Origin: Auanema rhodensis
Taxonomy: Eukaryota > Animalia > Nematoda
Reading direction: 5' to 3'
Length of the DNA: 64,000 bases
NCBI GenBank assembly: GCA_964057225.1
Contig: OZ059896.1
Span: forward strand, 15,438,001-15,502,000
Both the position numbers and the translations under genes were made by a program. Under the pieces are notes generated by a model that was given only the letters and a program-made list of their open reading frames with translations, ran no database searches and had not been told where the DNA came from. Positions 34,540-47,100 of this stretch are shown piece after piece. Each line of letters starts with the position of its first letter. Within the stretch, counting starts at the first letter, position 1.

Positions 34540-35065
34540 AGAGGAAACACATTCATATTCTCAGAATAACAAAAAATATGAGCAGACATTATAGATTTTT
34601 TACAAGTTCATATTTGCATCTCCAAATTCAATTAATAACACAAATGTTCTATAACTTATCTTTAATCATTTATAAACAGCTTCTATCTACTTTAAAATTT
34701 CAAAGCCATTTAATAGTAAGCAAATTTCAATAATGTTTCACTGGTATTATGTACAAAAGTTATTAATAAGTTCTGTGTGACGAATATGTTTTTTTTATGG
34801 ACTTTTTTTTATATAATAAATATAACATCTATATTTTTTACACAAAATGAGTGATAAGTTCTAATATTATGAAAATATCAAGAATAATTCATAAATCAAG
34901 ATACAATGTGTATGCTGTTTACAGACCTGCTGCGGGTCTATTGCTGTTTTTCAAATCATCACTTGCTTAATGCTAGTTGTGTTTTTCATTTAGTCTTAGT
35001 TTTTCTTTTCTATGTTAATTTATGTTTTTTTTTGTATATTTGCTTCAGTTTTAGTTTAGTTTAAG

Positions 35066-36565
35066 ATGGCAGAAAGCTCAAAACCAAAGTCTGCTGGAAA
35101 TGAGGAGAATACTTATGAAAAAGAGGTTGGCTTTAATTCCTATGTTCACATTCCTATGTGATACTTTAAGGTAATTTCCAAGCATCCAGATCTAGAGTTG
35201 GCTCAGCTTCGTTTCTTAGTAAATCATCCTGAAATTGATCAACAGAAGAAAGCTGCTACTTTAGATCAAATTCAAAAGGTAGGGTGTTTTAGCCAAAACT
35301 TAACAATGTTTTTATTTTTTAGGCTATTAAAGAATATGATATGGCCCCATTCTATGAGCTTCTTTGTACTGATATTGGAACAAAACCAGATGTTGCTGAA
35401 CTCAGTGCTATGAAGCAGGCTAATGAGAAAAGAATAAAAGAAATTGAAGCAGAAATCGAAGATGCTGAAAAAAATCTTGGTGGTTCCGAAGTTCGACAAG
35501 CTTGGCTTCGTAAGTTTGATTACTTCTGTCAGATTGGAGATAAAGAAAATGTTTGCAAAGCGTTTACAGTGAGTTTTTTGAATCCTTTCTAGTATAATTA
35601 AAATTATTTAGTCAACATACGAAAAAACTGTTGGTATGGGCTACAAGATTGATCTTGTTTTTGCTATGGTCCGAGTTGGATTTTTCTTCCTTGATCATAC
35701 TCTAATCAACCAGTACATTACTAAAGCCAAAGAGTTGATGGAACAGGTATTACCTACATATGTATATTCTTAACACATTTGGATACTTATAGGGAGGAGA
35801 TTGGGAGCGTAAAAACAAACTTAGATCATATGAAGCTTTGTACAAAATGTCTGTTCGTGATTTTTCCGGTGCCGCGAATCTTTTCCTTGAAACAGTTCCT
35901 ACTTTCGGTTCATACGAATTGATGACTTACGAAAATCTTGTATTTTTCACTGTTGTCACTTCTCTTTTTGCTCTGGATCGTCCCGATCTTCGCACCAAAG
36001 TTATCAAATGTAATGAAGTTCAAGAACAACTTAATGGAGGTGGAATTAATGGATCTCTTATACCAGTTCGCGAATATTTGGAAGCTTTTTATGGATGTCA
36101 CTATGAGCGCTTTTTTGTTCAATTGGCTGCTCTTGAAGCTGAGCGCTTCAAATTCGATCGCTATCTCTCTCCCCATTTCCATTTTTACTCTCGGACAATG
36201 CGATTGAGGGCTTATGAACAATTCCTTACCCCATACAAAACAGTTCGAGTTGATATGATGGCTCAAGATTTCGGAGTTTCCAAAGGATTTATTGACAAGG
36301 AACTTCATCGACTTATAGCTGCAGGACATTTACACTGCCGGTATAATGTGTCTTTCCAAAAATTCGAATCTGATTATTGTTTTTATAGCATTGATGCGGT
36401 AAACGGAGTTATTGAGATGAACCACCCTGATTCCAAAAATCATTTGTACAAAACAGTAATTAAGTGAGTCCTATTCATTAAATTTCTCGTATACGAATTT
36501 TTTATAGGGATGGAGATATTCTGCTCAACAGAATTCAAAAATTGGCCCGTGTTATCAATGCATAG
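35066..36565 (+). CDS. rpn-7: 26S proteasome lid subunit RPN7/PSMD6
   Basis: MAPFYELLC, DAEKNLG.SEVR, GGDWERKNKL, PCI domain, IDAVNGVIEMNHPDSKN..IKDGDILLNRIQKLARVIN. Confidence 0.96.
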
Positions 36566-36788
36566 TCGGATCTCACTTTCTAGTGTAATCGTTTTGTCAA
36601 ATTCAATTTAATATTTATAAAACAATGGTAACTTATGTTTTTTGTAAATTTGGACTGGTACAAAAGGCTGTGTTGACGGTCTATTTCAATAAAATAATTT
36701 TGTACTTTACGCGATATGTTACGGAATTTCCGATAATTACTTTATTGCCTGTTTTGCATAGTTTGTTTTATTATATATTTATTGAACT

Positions 36789-37847
36789 TTAATCTGCTTT
36801 CTTCCATAGAGCACAATAGTATCCTTTAATTCCATTTGCTATTTTAGAATGAGTTTTTGTTCCTGGTGCACAATATGTAGATCGTAGTGTACTTTTAAAT
36901 AGTTTTATTATTGAAGGTGCCTGAAAATTTCCGACGTTTCTTGTTTTAAATTTTTTTGATTTCGCGCGTTTCACATTGACTTGCCTGATCAATTACACTG
37001 TCGTAATTTTCAGCGGTTTTGGGAATTCCATTTAGAACGTTCTCCGTTATGTCTACCCATGCTTCTTGTATGAACCCTGCCCGGGTAGCTTGATCCTTGA
37101 CCTCTTGTACCTGCTTCAATTTTTAATTTGTTTATATGAAATTTACCTTACTTGTTGTTTATAGCGCAAATCAGCCCAACAAACATATCCTCCTGGCTTC
37201 AGGGCTCTATTACATTCGCTGAAAAATTTGAAGCAGTCCTTGTACAGATGAGATGATTCAATATTGAGGACTGAAATCAAACATTTTTTTTGACCGATTT
37301 TTGTTCCCCGTTCCCACTTATGTCGCAGGATTTGCTCTCTGCTGGAATATTTTCTGCGTTTCCCTTTCGAACCAATGAGTCTATCTGTGGCATGGGGTCT
37401 ATTCCTTCAATGCTTGCTATCAATGGGTGAGCTCTGTAATTTTGAATTACTGGATAATCTTATAAATATATTCCTACCTGTTTATCCATTTCATACCTTC
37501 TCCTTGACCACAACCTACTTCTACTATACTATATCCTGGGAATGAGGGATAGGCATGATGCAAACTCAAAGTTTTTTCATAAAGATAATAGTGCGCAAGG
37601 TTTTTGTCTACAGTTATAGAGTATTGTTCGAAGTTCAATTTCTCTCACCTTGTCTATCTTTTATCACTCTGCTAACAGTTTTGATAATCTTGTTCTCACC
37701 GAAGTTACTTGAAGGCCAATAGCCTAAGTTCAGAAAATGGGTTCCTACCTTTTTGGCATACCATTTAAGTAGAGGGTATAGAATTAGTCTATCGAATACG
37801 AATAGCCAGAATCTGAAGCAATAGTCAAATACTATAGAGATGATCAT
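36789..37847 (-). CDS. Class I SAM-dependent methyltransferase (Methyltransf_11-type)
   Basis: FLNLGYW, IVEVGCGQGEG motif I, GNAENIPA, VLNIESSHLY, ALKPGGYVCWADLR. Confidence 0.85.
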
Positions 37848-37974
37848 ATTGTGCTACTGTTTTGGTACTATTCGATGCTTGCTTGTATATTAGATATTAT
37901 TAGTTTGAATTGCCTGTATTTTTTCTGTGTCTTTCAATTTCTCCTTATATTGTTGCTAATTTCAGTAAGTTGAT

Positions 37975-38257
37975 ATGTCTGGAAGACAAGGAGGAAAGCA
38001 GAAGCCACTCAAGGCTCCCAAGAAGGAATCTAAGGAACTGTGTGATGTATGCAACTTACATTAATTAACAACATAAATTTTTTTCCAGGAGGACATAGAG
38101 TTCAAGAAAAAACAACAAGAAGAAGCCAAGAAGATGAAGGAGGCTGCTGCTAAAGCTCTGCAAAAAGGTCCCATGGGATGTATGTAATGTCATAAAATTC
38201 TTTTTAAATGTATATTTTGCAGCTGGAACTGGCATCAAGAAGTCTGGAAAGAAGTAG
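37975..38257 (+). CDS. TMA7: Translation machinery-associated protein 7 (TMA7/CCDC72)
   Basis: MSGRQGGKQKPLKAPKK...KGPMGSGTGIKKSGKK over 3 exons. Confidence 0.93.
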
Positions 38258-38511
38258 ACTATAGGTGCTTTATTGTTGTTTGTTACTTTTATTGCCCATT
38301 TATTGGTTAAATGGTTTTTCTCGAGTGAGATATGATTGAATACAATGAAATCTTTTGATTTAAATTGTGTACAATAGTAAAACAGTGAAAAGATTACAAA
38401 TTATTAGTTTATTATGAACTTTATACATTCTAGTGATATCACTTGATTGTGTCACGGATACAACTATGTGGTTTTGAATAAAAAGACTACAGTTCAAACG
38501 GTTAAAATTTA

Positions 38512-40264
38512 TCAAAGAGTTTGTGATTTAACGTTATACTTTGTTGCTGATTTCAACATAGTTTTTAATCCCATCTCTAGCTTTTCGGTTAAAACTTCTA
38601 AAAGTTTGTTGTCGTCATTGTTATTCTTAAGGCCAGCCTAGATGTTAAGAGGTGTGTATAAGAACTGGGTAATATTACTAACTTCTGCAATTGGATGAAT
38701 GATCATAAACAAGATTATTAGAGCATGTGCGGTGAGCTTATCAAAACTATGCTTCAACTAAATTTCAATTGTTTTAAGACTAGATAAGTTGTGTCCATGT
38801 TTACCTGCTCTAGTGTGTAAGGAGGTGTTTCTCCATTCAATTCTGTTAAGAAATAAGAATAAAATTCTTCTAATAAGCTTTCAGAATGATGTACGAAATC
38901 ATATCCGCTAAGCGTTGAGGCAAATACTCGCACAAAATCTTCGGCTGGACATCCAAAATGGGCAAGCTACAATAAAAGTTGACGAAAATATTACTTCGAT
39001 TCTTCTAACCTGAAAATCTATCAGCTTAAGAAACTCAATCCCTTCATCTGTTTTCTTCCACATAATATTGGAAGACCATAAGTCTCCGTGAACAAATACT
39101 TCTTCCATACCTAAAACTCAAGATACAACTGAGTGTAAACATAAAAATAAAAAACATACCTAATTCTTTAGATATACGTTCGAAAACTTCCAAATCAGCC
39201 AAGTAATCTACATGCTTTAATAATTCCTGAGCAACTTCAACAGACTCCGGTCCCAACAATTTCGTAATAGACTTGAGAAAACATTCTATATTCTATAGCA
39301 GGATTTATTTGAGGAGAACTGTTTTTTTTAACTTACTGTGCTACTTGAAGATCCCTCATATAGTTTGAGAATTTCATTGGGAAGTTTTGCCTTTTCCTCT
39401 AGAGTCCACTTCATTGCATTAGCTTGCATCTTTGCCATTGTGCATAAAACCTGGATTAAAAGACAGTAAAAAGCTTAATGTTTGTTGAAATAGAAACCTC
39501 AGAGAGATCAGAAGGCTTTATGGTATGATAACAATGACGAATGTACAAGTCCTTAACAAATTCGAAAGAAATGAAACCTAAAATTTAGTTTTTCCTTATA
39601 ATCTTATAAGCTTAGAAACTATTTTTTTTAATCTGATATTATACCTTTCAACTTATTTTCTTCCGAAAATTGTTTTTGGAAATACGGAGTGAGAATTTTA
39701 AGTTTATCCAGAGGATCTTCATATTTATGGAATAAATCGTAAGCAATAATTTCTCGATTATGCAACTTGAAGGAGAAATATAAATAAAAGTATCAAATCA
39801 AAGAAATGTACCACTCTCGACATTTGAGAAAATCTCATGAGAAGTTCTTCCTTTTGTTCCGTAGTTTTTTCCTCCTTTTCGATCAAACTATCAATTTCTT
39901 TAGCTAAGTTTTTAACATTTAAACAAGTAGGTATTTTAACAACAATTCTGAAAAATATGGATTTTAGAAAGTTGCAAAAGAAATCAGCGTACTGTTTGGG
40001 AAGAGATTCTGAACCTCCTTGCCAATCGGCATCAATAAGTGCTATATTTGAAAGAAAGCCCTAGAAGCAAATTAAGTTGAATGAAAAAACCACGAAACTT
40101 ACATTTCCCTCTCCTATTTGTCTTAAGCCTTTATTGGGCCCGAAAGTAACTGTTCTATCGAAAACTTCTTGAGCCGCTTGCTCGATATCATTCCAAGACA
40201 CATGGGTGCTAAGAATGCCGTAACCAGGTGTCCACAAGTTTGCACTTGTTGTAATCTCGGACAT
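38512..40264 (-). CDS. DUF1679 / CHK kinase-like (ecdysteroid kinase-like) nematode protein
   Basis: IGEGNGFLSNIALI, LHNREI, VFVHGDLWSSNIMW, LIDFQLAHFGCPAED; upstream TATA-like and TGATAA sites. Confidence 0.88.
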
Positions 40265-40624
40265 TGTTGAATGGGAGATATTATGAGTGGTGAGTTTATA
40301 AAGAGCCAATCTTGAGCAGAGAATTGTTATGTTATAAAGGACTATACTGATAAGATTATTCCTCTTTGATAAGCCGATACGCAGAGCACATAATCAAACT
40401 GTATATCATTTTTTCGCACATGATTATAATTCATAAAATGTGCTTAGAAAAAAATTTATTGTTCGAAGTTGTAGGATACAATTTGGGTAAAATCGAATTC
40501 ACAGGCAATTTGTTAATCATTCGATAATAGCAAACATAAGTGCGATATGTTAATTATTGCTTTAAGCATAAAATACATAAGAATAGCTTTGAGTTAAGAT
40601 AAAAAGAATGATTTAGACGAATAA

Positions 40625-41580
40625 TTAAGATTGCACTTGGATAAAAACCTTTCTTGGGATTTCCTCTTCATCGTTCTTGCGGCAGAAATCTCCGCGCGCT
40701 AAGTTTTCAACGACGTTTAGAACATCGTCGGAATCCCGCCTCTGTGATTCCGTATAATAGCAGACACGGCATAAAGCTTTGTAAGTATCTTCTCCTCCGA
40801 TTATTTCAACCTGAAATCAATGTCTTCTTATGGCTGGCATTTTTCCAGATTTGATGTTTACTTTTTTGTCTTTGGTACTTCTAAATGTGTAGCAGGCATC
40901 AGCTCCACATTCCATACAAACGGCAACAACTTGCACCACATCATCACAATATGGAAGAAGAAGGCTAATTTGTGGAAATGGCTGAAAATCAAAATACAAA
41001 CTATACAAAAAAAAGAAGATAGAATTTAAAACTACCTTTCTCTCGAAAGTGCCGTTAAGTGCAGCAACATAAACCAACTTTCCGGCTTGAGCTAAGCGCT
41101 CACAGACACCAGCCAAATCAGAAAACTGTACCAAGAGAAACGTTGAATACGATAATTACAGAAAAAAACTAACAAATTGGCCTTCATCAATAGAGACAAC
41201 TTGGACGTTGGGGTCAAATATCTCGTTCTCGACCTCTATTAAGCGATTCGCTTTCAATGTTGTACCACGTCCAGTGACTCTGAAACAGAGATGACATGAA
41301 GATGATGAATTTGGTTAATTTGATCTACTTCGAATGTGTAGCCACAAGATTAGCATCATATCTGGTGTCTCCAGCGTACTTGATCAATACACAAGTTCTC
41401 TTAGCAATAATTTGTCTATCATGAAGTCGTAATAACTCAGTACTAAATACAAAAACAATAACATTAATTTACAAATAATTAATTAACTCACGTTTTACCA
41501 CTGAACATTGGTCCAATAATACACGTAACTTTTCCACGGCTGGGTGCTGAGGGAGGCATGTCTGAATTAATGTACCTCAT
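40625..41580 (-). CDS. thk-1: Thymidine kinase (TK1)
   Basis: IIGPMFSGKTTELLR, DTRY, SIDEGQFF, AALNGTFERKPF, VCMEC, IGGEDTYKALCRVC; start could alternatively be the ATG at 41559. Confidence 0.93.
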
Positions 41581-42204
41581 GATGAAGACTCCGAGAACGT
41601 AGAGAAGATTACAGTTGAGAAGGTACAATTGAAATCTGAGAAGAGAGAGGGCTCAGACCAAGATGGCAGCGCCACTTAGATGATCAATTTAGCGCCAAAA
41701 TAGTTTGTATTTGAGTGGATATTATTATGAGTTGGGACAGGAAACTATTTTTAATTAGAATTTTGAATATGTCAAGGGTCTTTGGCGAGTGTAAAGATTT
41801 AAATAATTGGCAAATGAAAATCTCAGACGTATCGAAGAATATGAAAGAAAAGAGAGATGATTCGGACAAAACAAGTCATCAAGGATATGGGAGAAAATCG
41901 GATAATCGAGTGTCCATAACACCCGAGATAACACAGATAATACAGACAATGAACGATAGTTGATAGCAGCTGGAAAAGACCATTGGCCGATTATAATCTT
42001 GACAGATTTTGAACATCTTTATTCATATAGAAATATGAGTCCATCTACAAGTTTCACATACAGCGATAATGTACAAGATTCAATTAACAAGCATTTTCAA
42101 TAATAACCCGATGTAGTAAACTAATACAAACATTAAAAAAGAAACCTGCTTCACAATGAGATATGTTAGAAAACCGAAAATAAAATCCAAATTTAAACAT
42201 CATA

Positions 42205-43684
42205 CTACTGGTCTTTGGCGTCATCTATTCCATTTGTAGTGATAGCAAACGTAGCTTCGGATTCTGCCAAATTTGGTGATTGGTGAACCTTACAAATACG
42301 GGTTTCTCCCTTTCCTTTCCGTAAACCTAATCTTTAAAAGATTTCATTAATCTCATGACTTAACCTGAAAAATGACCTGGTAGTTGTCATGTGAGCCATA
42401 ATATGACCACCGATAGGTTTTTTAGGGTCAGCTTGATATGGCCCACCTCCACCATCAACTTGAGCTACAACCTAAGAGATAAAGTGGCATTAGAAAAGTA
42501 TATTCTAGACTATAACTAACTTGATTTGTCACCACTACTGCAACACCAAATTCATCTGCTAATTTCATTAATGATCTCAACATTCTGAAAATAATAATAA
42601 TATAAAAGTTCACAAATTTACAGCAACTTGGCGAGCATTGTTTGACGAGCAGCGAGCTCACCTCGACCAGAAAAGTCCGTTCTACAAAAAAAGCTTATGA
42701 ACATTCACACATTAAATTGAAAAGATTTCATAAAAGGAAATAAACTACCTCAGGAGAGACATTATACTATCTACTACCAATAAAGCATATCTACTTTCAG
42801 CCATCATTGCTCCTACATTCAGGACAGTTTTGGTTACCGTATATATAAACTTACCTGCTGCTGTTAGTAAATTCATTTGATGATCAGAATTATAGCATCG
42901 TGCAACGGCTACATTCTCTAGGACATGCTCTCCTGACATATTATATCTGAATGAACAATATTTATATTAAAAGCAATCTGGATATACCGATGCGCAACAG
43001 CTAATAAACGTTCAGGTCGAAAAGTATTCTCTGTATCAATCCACATACACTTTCCCTCTGCACCACCCATTTCGACTGGAAGTTGACAAATGACAGCCAA
43101 GTTGTGACAGAGTTGAGACTTTCCCGTACGATATTCTCCAAAAACCTGAACGTGCTTTAATAAGAACAACTACTTTTTTGAAAAATTACTTCAGTAATAC
43201 TACCCGTCTCTATACCTCCTCCCAATAATCTATCTAATTCCTGTGAACCTGTTCGAATTTGAACTAACTCACTACGACGAATGTGAACTTCTGCTGCTGT
43301 TGTGAAGCCCATTGGAACATACTTGATGGCTTCAGCCTGAAACAATGAATAGCTGAAAACTATAAAAATAAATATTAACGAATAGTTTTTCGGCTTTTTG
43401 TTCACTAATTCCTTTAACTCCTATAATATCCTTGCGCGTGGCGTAAGCAACCGATTCTACCGTGTTGAAGCCAGCTTCTTTCAATTTTTTAATATCACCA
43501 GAAGAAAATCCGGCTTGCTAAAATGTATTTATAATAAAGAATAGGGAGGTAAGATATTCTATCTCACTTCTAATTTTTCAATAACAGTATAATACGACTC
43601 TTCCTCCTCAGCAGTTCCTTGATTCATAGCAACTTCCATAGCTTCATCTTGAGCAGTACGCTTCCGAGTAGCCTGAGCCGCCAT
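42205..43684 (-). CDS. rad-51: RAD51 recombinase
   Basis: N-terminal HhH ([23 protein letters not shown]), MGFTTA, Walker A GEYRTGKS, Walker [23 protein letters not shown]. Confidence 0.95.
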
Positions 43685-44146
43685 CTGAGAATTTTAAAAT
43701 GAAATTACATAAATATGATAATTAATTATGCGAAAAGCAAAATTAATATGCGATTTTTGAGCTTAATCATTGATTTAAATGCTATGGAATCGCGCCGTTT
43801 GTGTTGTAGAGAGTCTAGAGTAACGAGAGAGCACATATCACACGTTAAGTGAGAGAGAACAGCGAGATGTCATAGACGCAGAGATTAGTGGAAGGCACGA
43901 CCCGGAACGCAATGCGAGGGCATTGAAGAAGGTCTTCTGTAAAATCCATGTTCATCTTATCATTTTAAAAGTCATTTTATGCTATCATATACCTTTTTAA
44001 CTATTGTCTATGCCTATTTATTGTTGCGTTTTTGGTATCCAATGATTATATGATATTATGTTCGTGCTCCGTTTTTTTTGCTTTCTCCAAATTAGTTTTA
44101 CCTTATATTTACTTTGATTTTTGATTATTTCAGGGCTATAGCTCTC

Positions 44147-47100
44147 ATGAATGCCTCTCCTGATGACTGGCTTGTTCGAGCTGCTGAAATGGAAATGAAT
44201 TATGATCCTGAACGTGATAATGCATCTTTCGAGGTACCTTGACCAATATGCTCATGTTTTTATTGTGTTTTCAGGATTCTGAACGTTTCGAAGATGATTC
44301 TGAAGGCTCATTCTTGTCATCGGAGGAGAGTATAAACCAGAATTGGAGGGGATGGTCTCATGGTAATCACAATGATGGTGGTAATTTAGTCACTATTCAT
44401 TTTCATAACTAATGCTACATGCTTTAGCAGGATCAACTTTGATGCCTTACCAATCTGGACGATATTCATCGGCATCAAGTAATACTGTTGTTGGGTTAAA
44501 TAGAAGTAACTGTTCTGAACAGAAAGGTGAAGCATTTATGTGTATCTTGTTTTAATAGTTCCTTACATTAATTTTTTAGGCTGCTCTTCACCTGCATCGC
44601 TTGTTGAATTATCTGCAAAAATTTGTGCTAAATCTTTATCGTTTGAACAACTTGAATTATGTTGGCGTGAAATTAATAAACGTCGAGAAGTTCTGAATTT
44701 ATTCTATTGATGGGTTTTAAACATTTATTTTCAGGAATCTCTGCATGATTATCTTATACCTTCATATTGTATACCAGAAAATTTAATATTGACCATAATA
44801 CAACAATGTTTTCCTTCAAGTATGGAAGATATTCGTCTTTATTGGTTAGTGTTACTAAGGTTTTGTTTTTTATATATGAAGCACGTTTCAGTTGCTTAGC
44901 AAATGGTAATGGTGATGAGTTTAATTATGGTGACTTTATTTATCAATGTGGAGCAGTTAATAATGTTATACAAATTGGTTAGGATCTTATAATTGCTTAT
45001 TATTTTGATTATAATTTTAGGATTTTTAATAACAGCTAAAGTTTCACCTATTCCTCAACCTGAGGGAGCATCCATGCCTCAAGATCGCATGATTCAAAAA
45101 AATTATGATGTAGCTTTGCAACTAGATCGGTGAAAATTTTTAAAATCTTCAGCCATTATTGTTTATGTTATAGTGGTCGCGTCATTGGCTGTAAATGTAC
45201 TTGTGGGAAACGTCCATTCTGGTGTATGCACGTTATTTCTGTATGCCATTACCGATTATATCAAGCTTCTTCAGTGGAATACAGGTATGAGCTTTTAGTT
45301 GCATTTTATTTATAATAATTTTATAGAAAACCTATTTGGGATTCAATAAGTGAGCTTAGCCATGATAACTTGAAAAAGATGGTTCAATTTTTCATCAATA
45401 CAATCCCTTGGGAGGTACGTATATAATTCAAGTTTTAAATTAAAATTTTTTCAAAACTTTTATATTCGAATCTTTGCCTAACATTTGTTTTGTACAATGG
45501 CTCCTCACAGTAAATAAATTTTAGATGTTTTTTAACGTCTAGTTAACGTGGGTAGAACACAATATTCATTCTGAAAGCATACTTTCTTCCCATGCTTATA
45601 ACTGCGTTTTATTTTCTTCTATTTTTTTAAAATTTTCATTTTCTTAGTATCTCTCGACTGCACAACGTTTATTGGATGAACTGAAAGCATCTCATTCTGA
45701 AATCAGTACTTCGGTTGGAGTACCTGATCCCACTGATGGTGGCCATGATATTGTATGTTGTATTGTTTTTTAAAGTTATGAGTATTTTCTTTAGATCCCA
45801 AGATGGGCTTTCAGCGAGCCTGGAGTCCATACAAAAATTAGAAATCTACTGCATTTCTTCTGTGTGCCTGCTCCTGTTGTATTCAGTGATGTTGGAGCTA
45901 TGACATCTCCCATACACAGCCAGCATCCTATTGCACAAGAGTGGCGAACACTTCGTAAATGCTTTAGAGCTAAAGAACCTGAAGGTAATTTGGAAAATGT
46001 ACTAAAACCCATTTAAAAATATTTTAAGGGCTCTGGAATCTGATATCCATTGTAAAAGAAATGTTAACTCGTAGAGATGCTAACGCTATTTCTGTGCTAA
46101 GAATCATTACTGAAGAATGCTTGGCTAATAGTCAAGTTTTATTGTGGTGGTATGTCAGCAGGTTACTTTTTTCCAATGAATGGATTCAAATTAGCGGAGG
46201 TAATACTAAGTGTTTGTAACTTCTCACTGTAGTTATTAAGGAAAGAACGAGAGTTGCACTAACAGTAATCAAATGAATGCTGCTTTATTGTTGGAAGAAA
46301 TTGTATCGTTATGGAAATTAGCTTCGTTGAATCCAGCTTTTTCAGTTGAGCACAGAAATCAGGTATCAGTCCTATTTTTAGTCATATGAGGCAGTTTTAT
46401 ATTTTTAGCTTTTCGTATTTCTGCAAAATTATCACAGGCTTGCTGCAAATCGTATATGGACTATGATAAAAAGTGTAAATCAGGAAGCTAACACCCAACG
46501 GTCGATGGTAAATTTTTCTTCAAATACTTTTTAAAATGAGAAGTTTTTAAAGAATATTAACTGTTTATCGTTAAGGCTGCCCAACTTATCAATAGCATTT
46601 CTAAAAGAGGTCAGCCTGATGTCCGATTGAGTACTGAAACAGTGAAGTTCACGATGAAAGAATTTCCGGGTTTCCATAGTGCTTTACACGTAATACCGTT
46701 TAGAAAATCTTGAAATTATATTTTTGATTGTAGGTTTGTTGCACTTTGTCAAAAGTCAATTGGTTGAAGAATGAATCTTCTATTGTCCGCTACTCCTTGG
46801 TAAACTTTAGCTGTTTGTTTTTTTCAAATAGAATGTGTTCAGATTTCTGAATGGGATACAAACACTTTTGTACCATTGCAACTCCAGACTTTTTCTGATA
46901 GAACTCAGGGTAGGAAGAACAGGGTTGGAGTTTTTGTAGCTAATGCTGTTTTTATTCATTATCTTACAGAGAAATCGAAATAATCACAGGAATAGACATG
47001 GCAGACATAACGTAAGAGTTCGATATCTCGAAGAAGAAAGTTCTGAATCTGGTCAAGAAAGTGAACAAGATGCTGTATGTCCCTTTACCCTATTTCATCA

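Noticed and set aside
42205-43684. Calling the recombinase DMC1
   Set aside because: N-terminal domain and key L1 positions are RAD51-type
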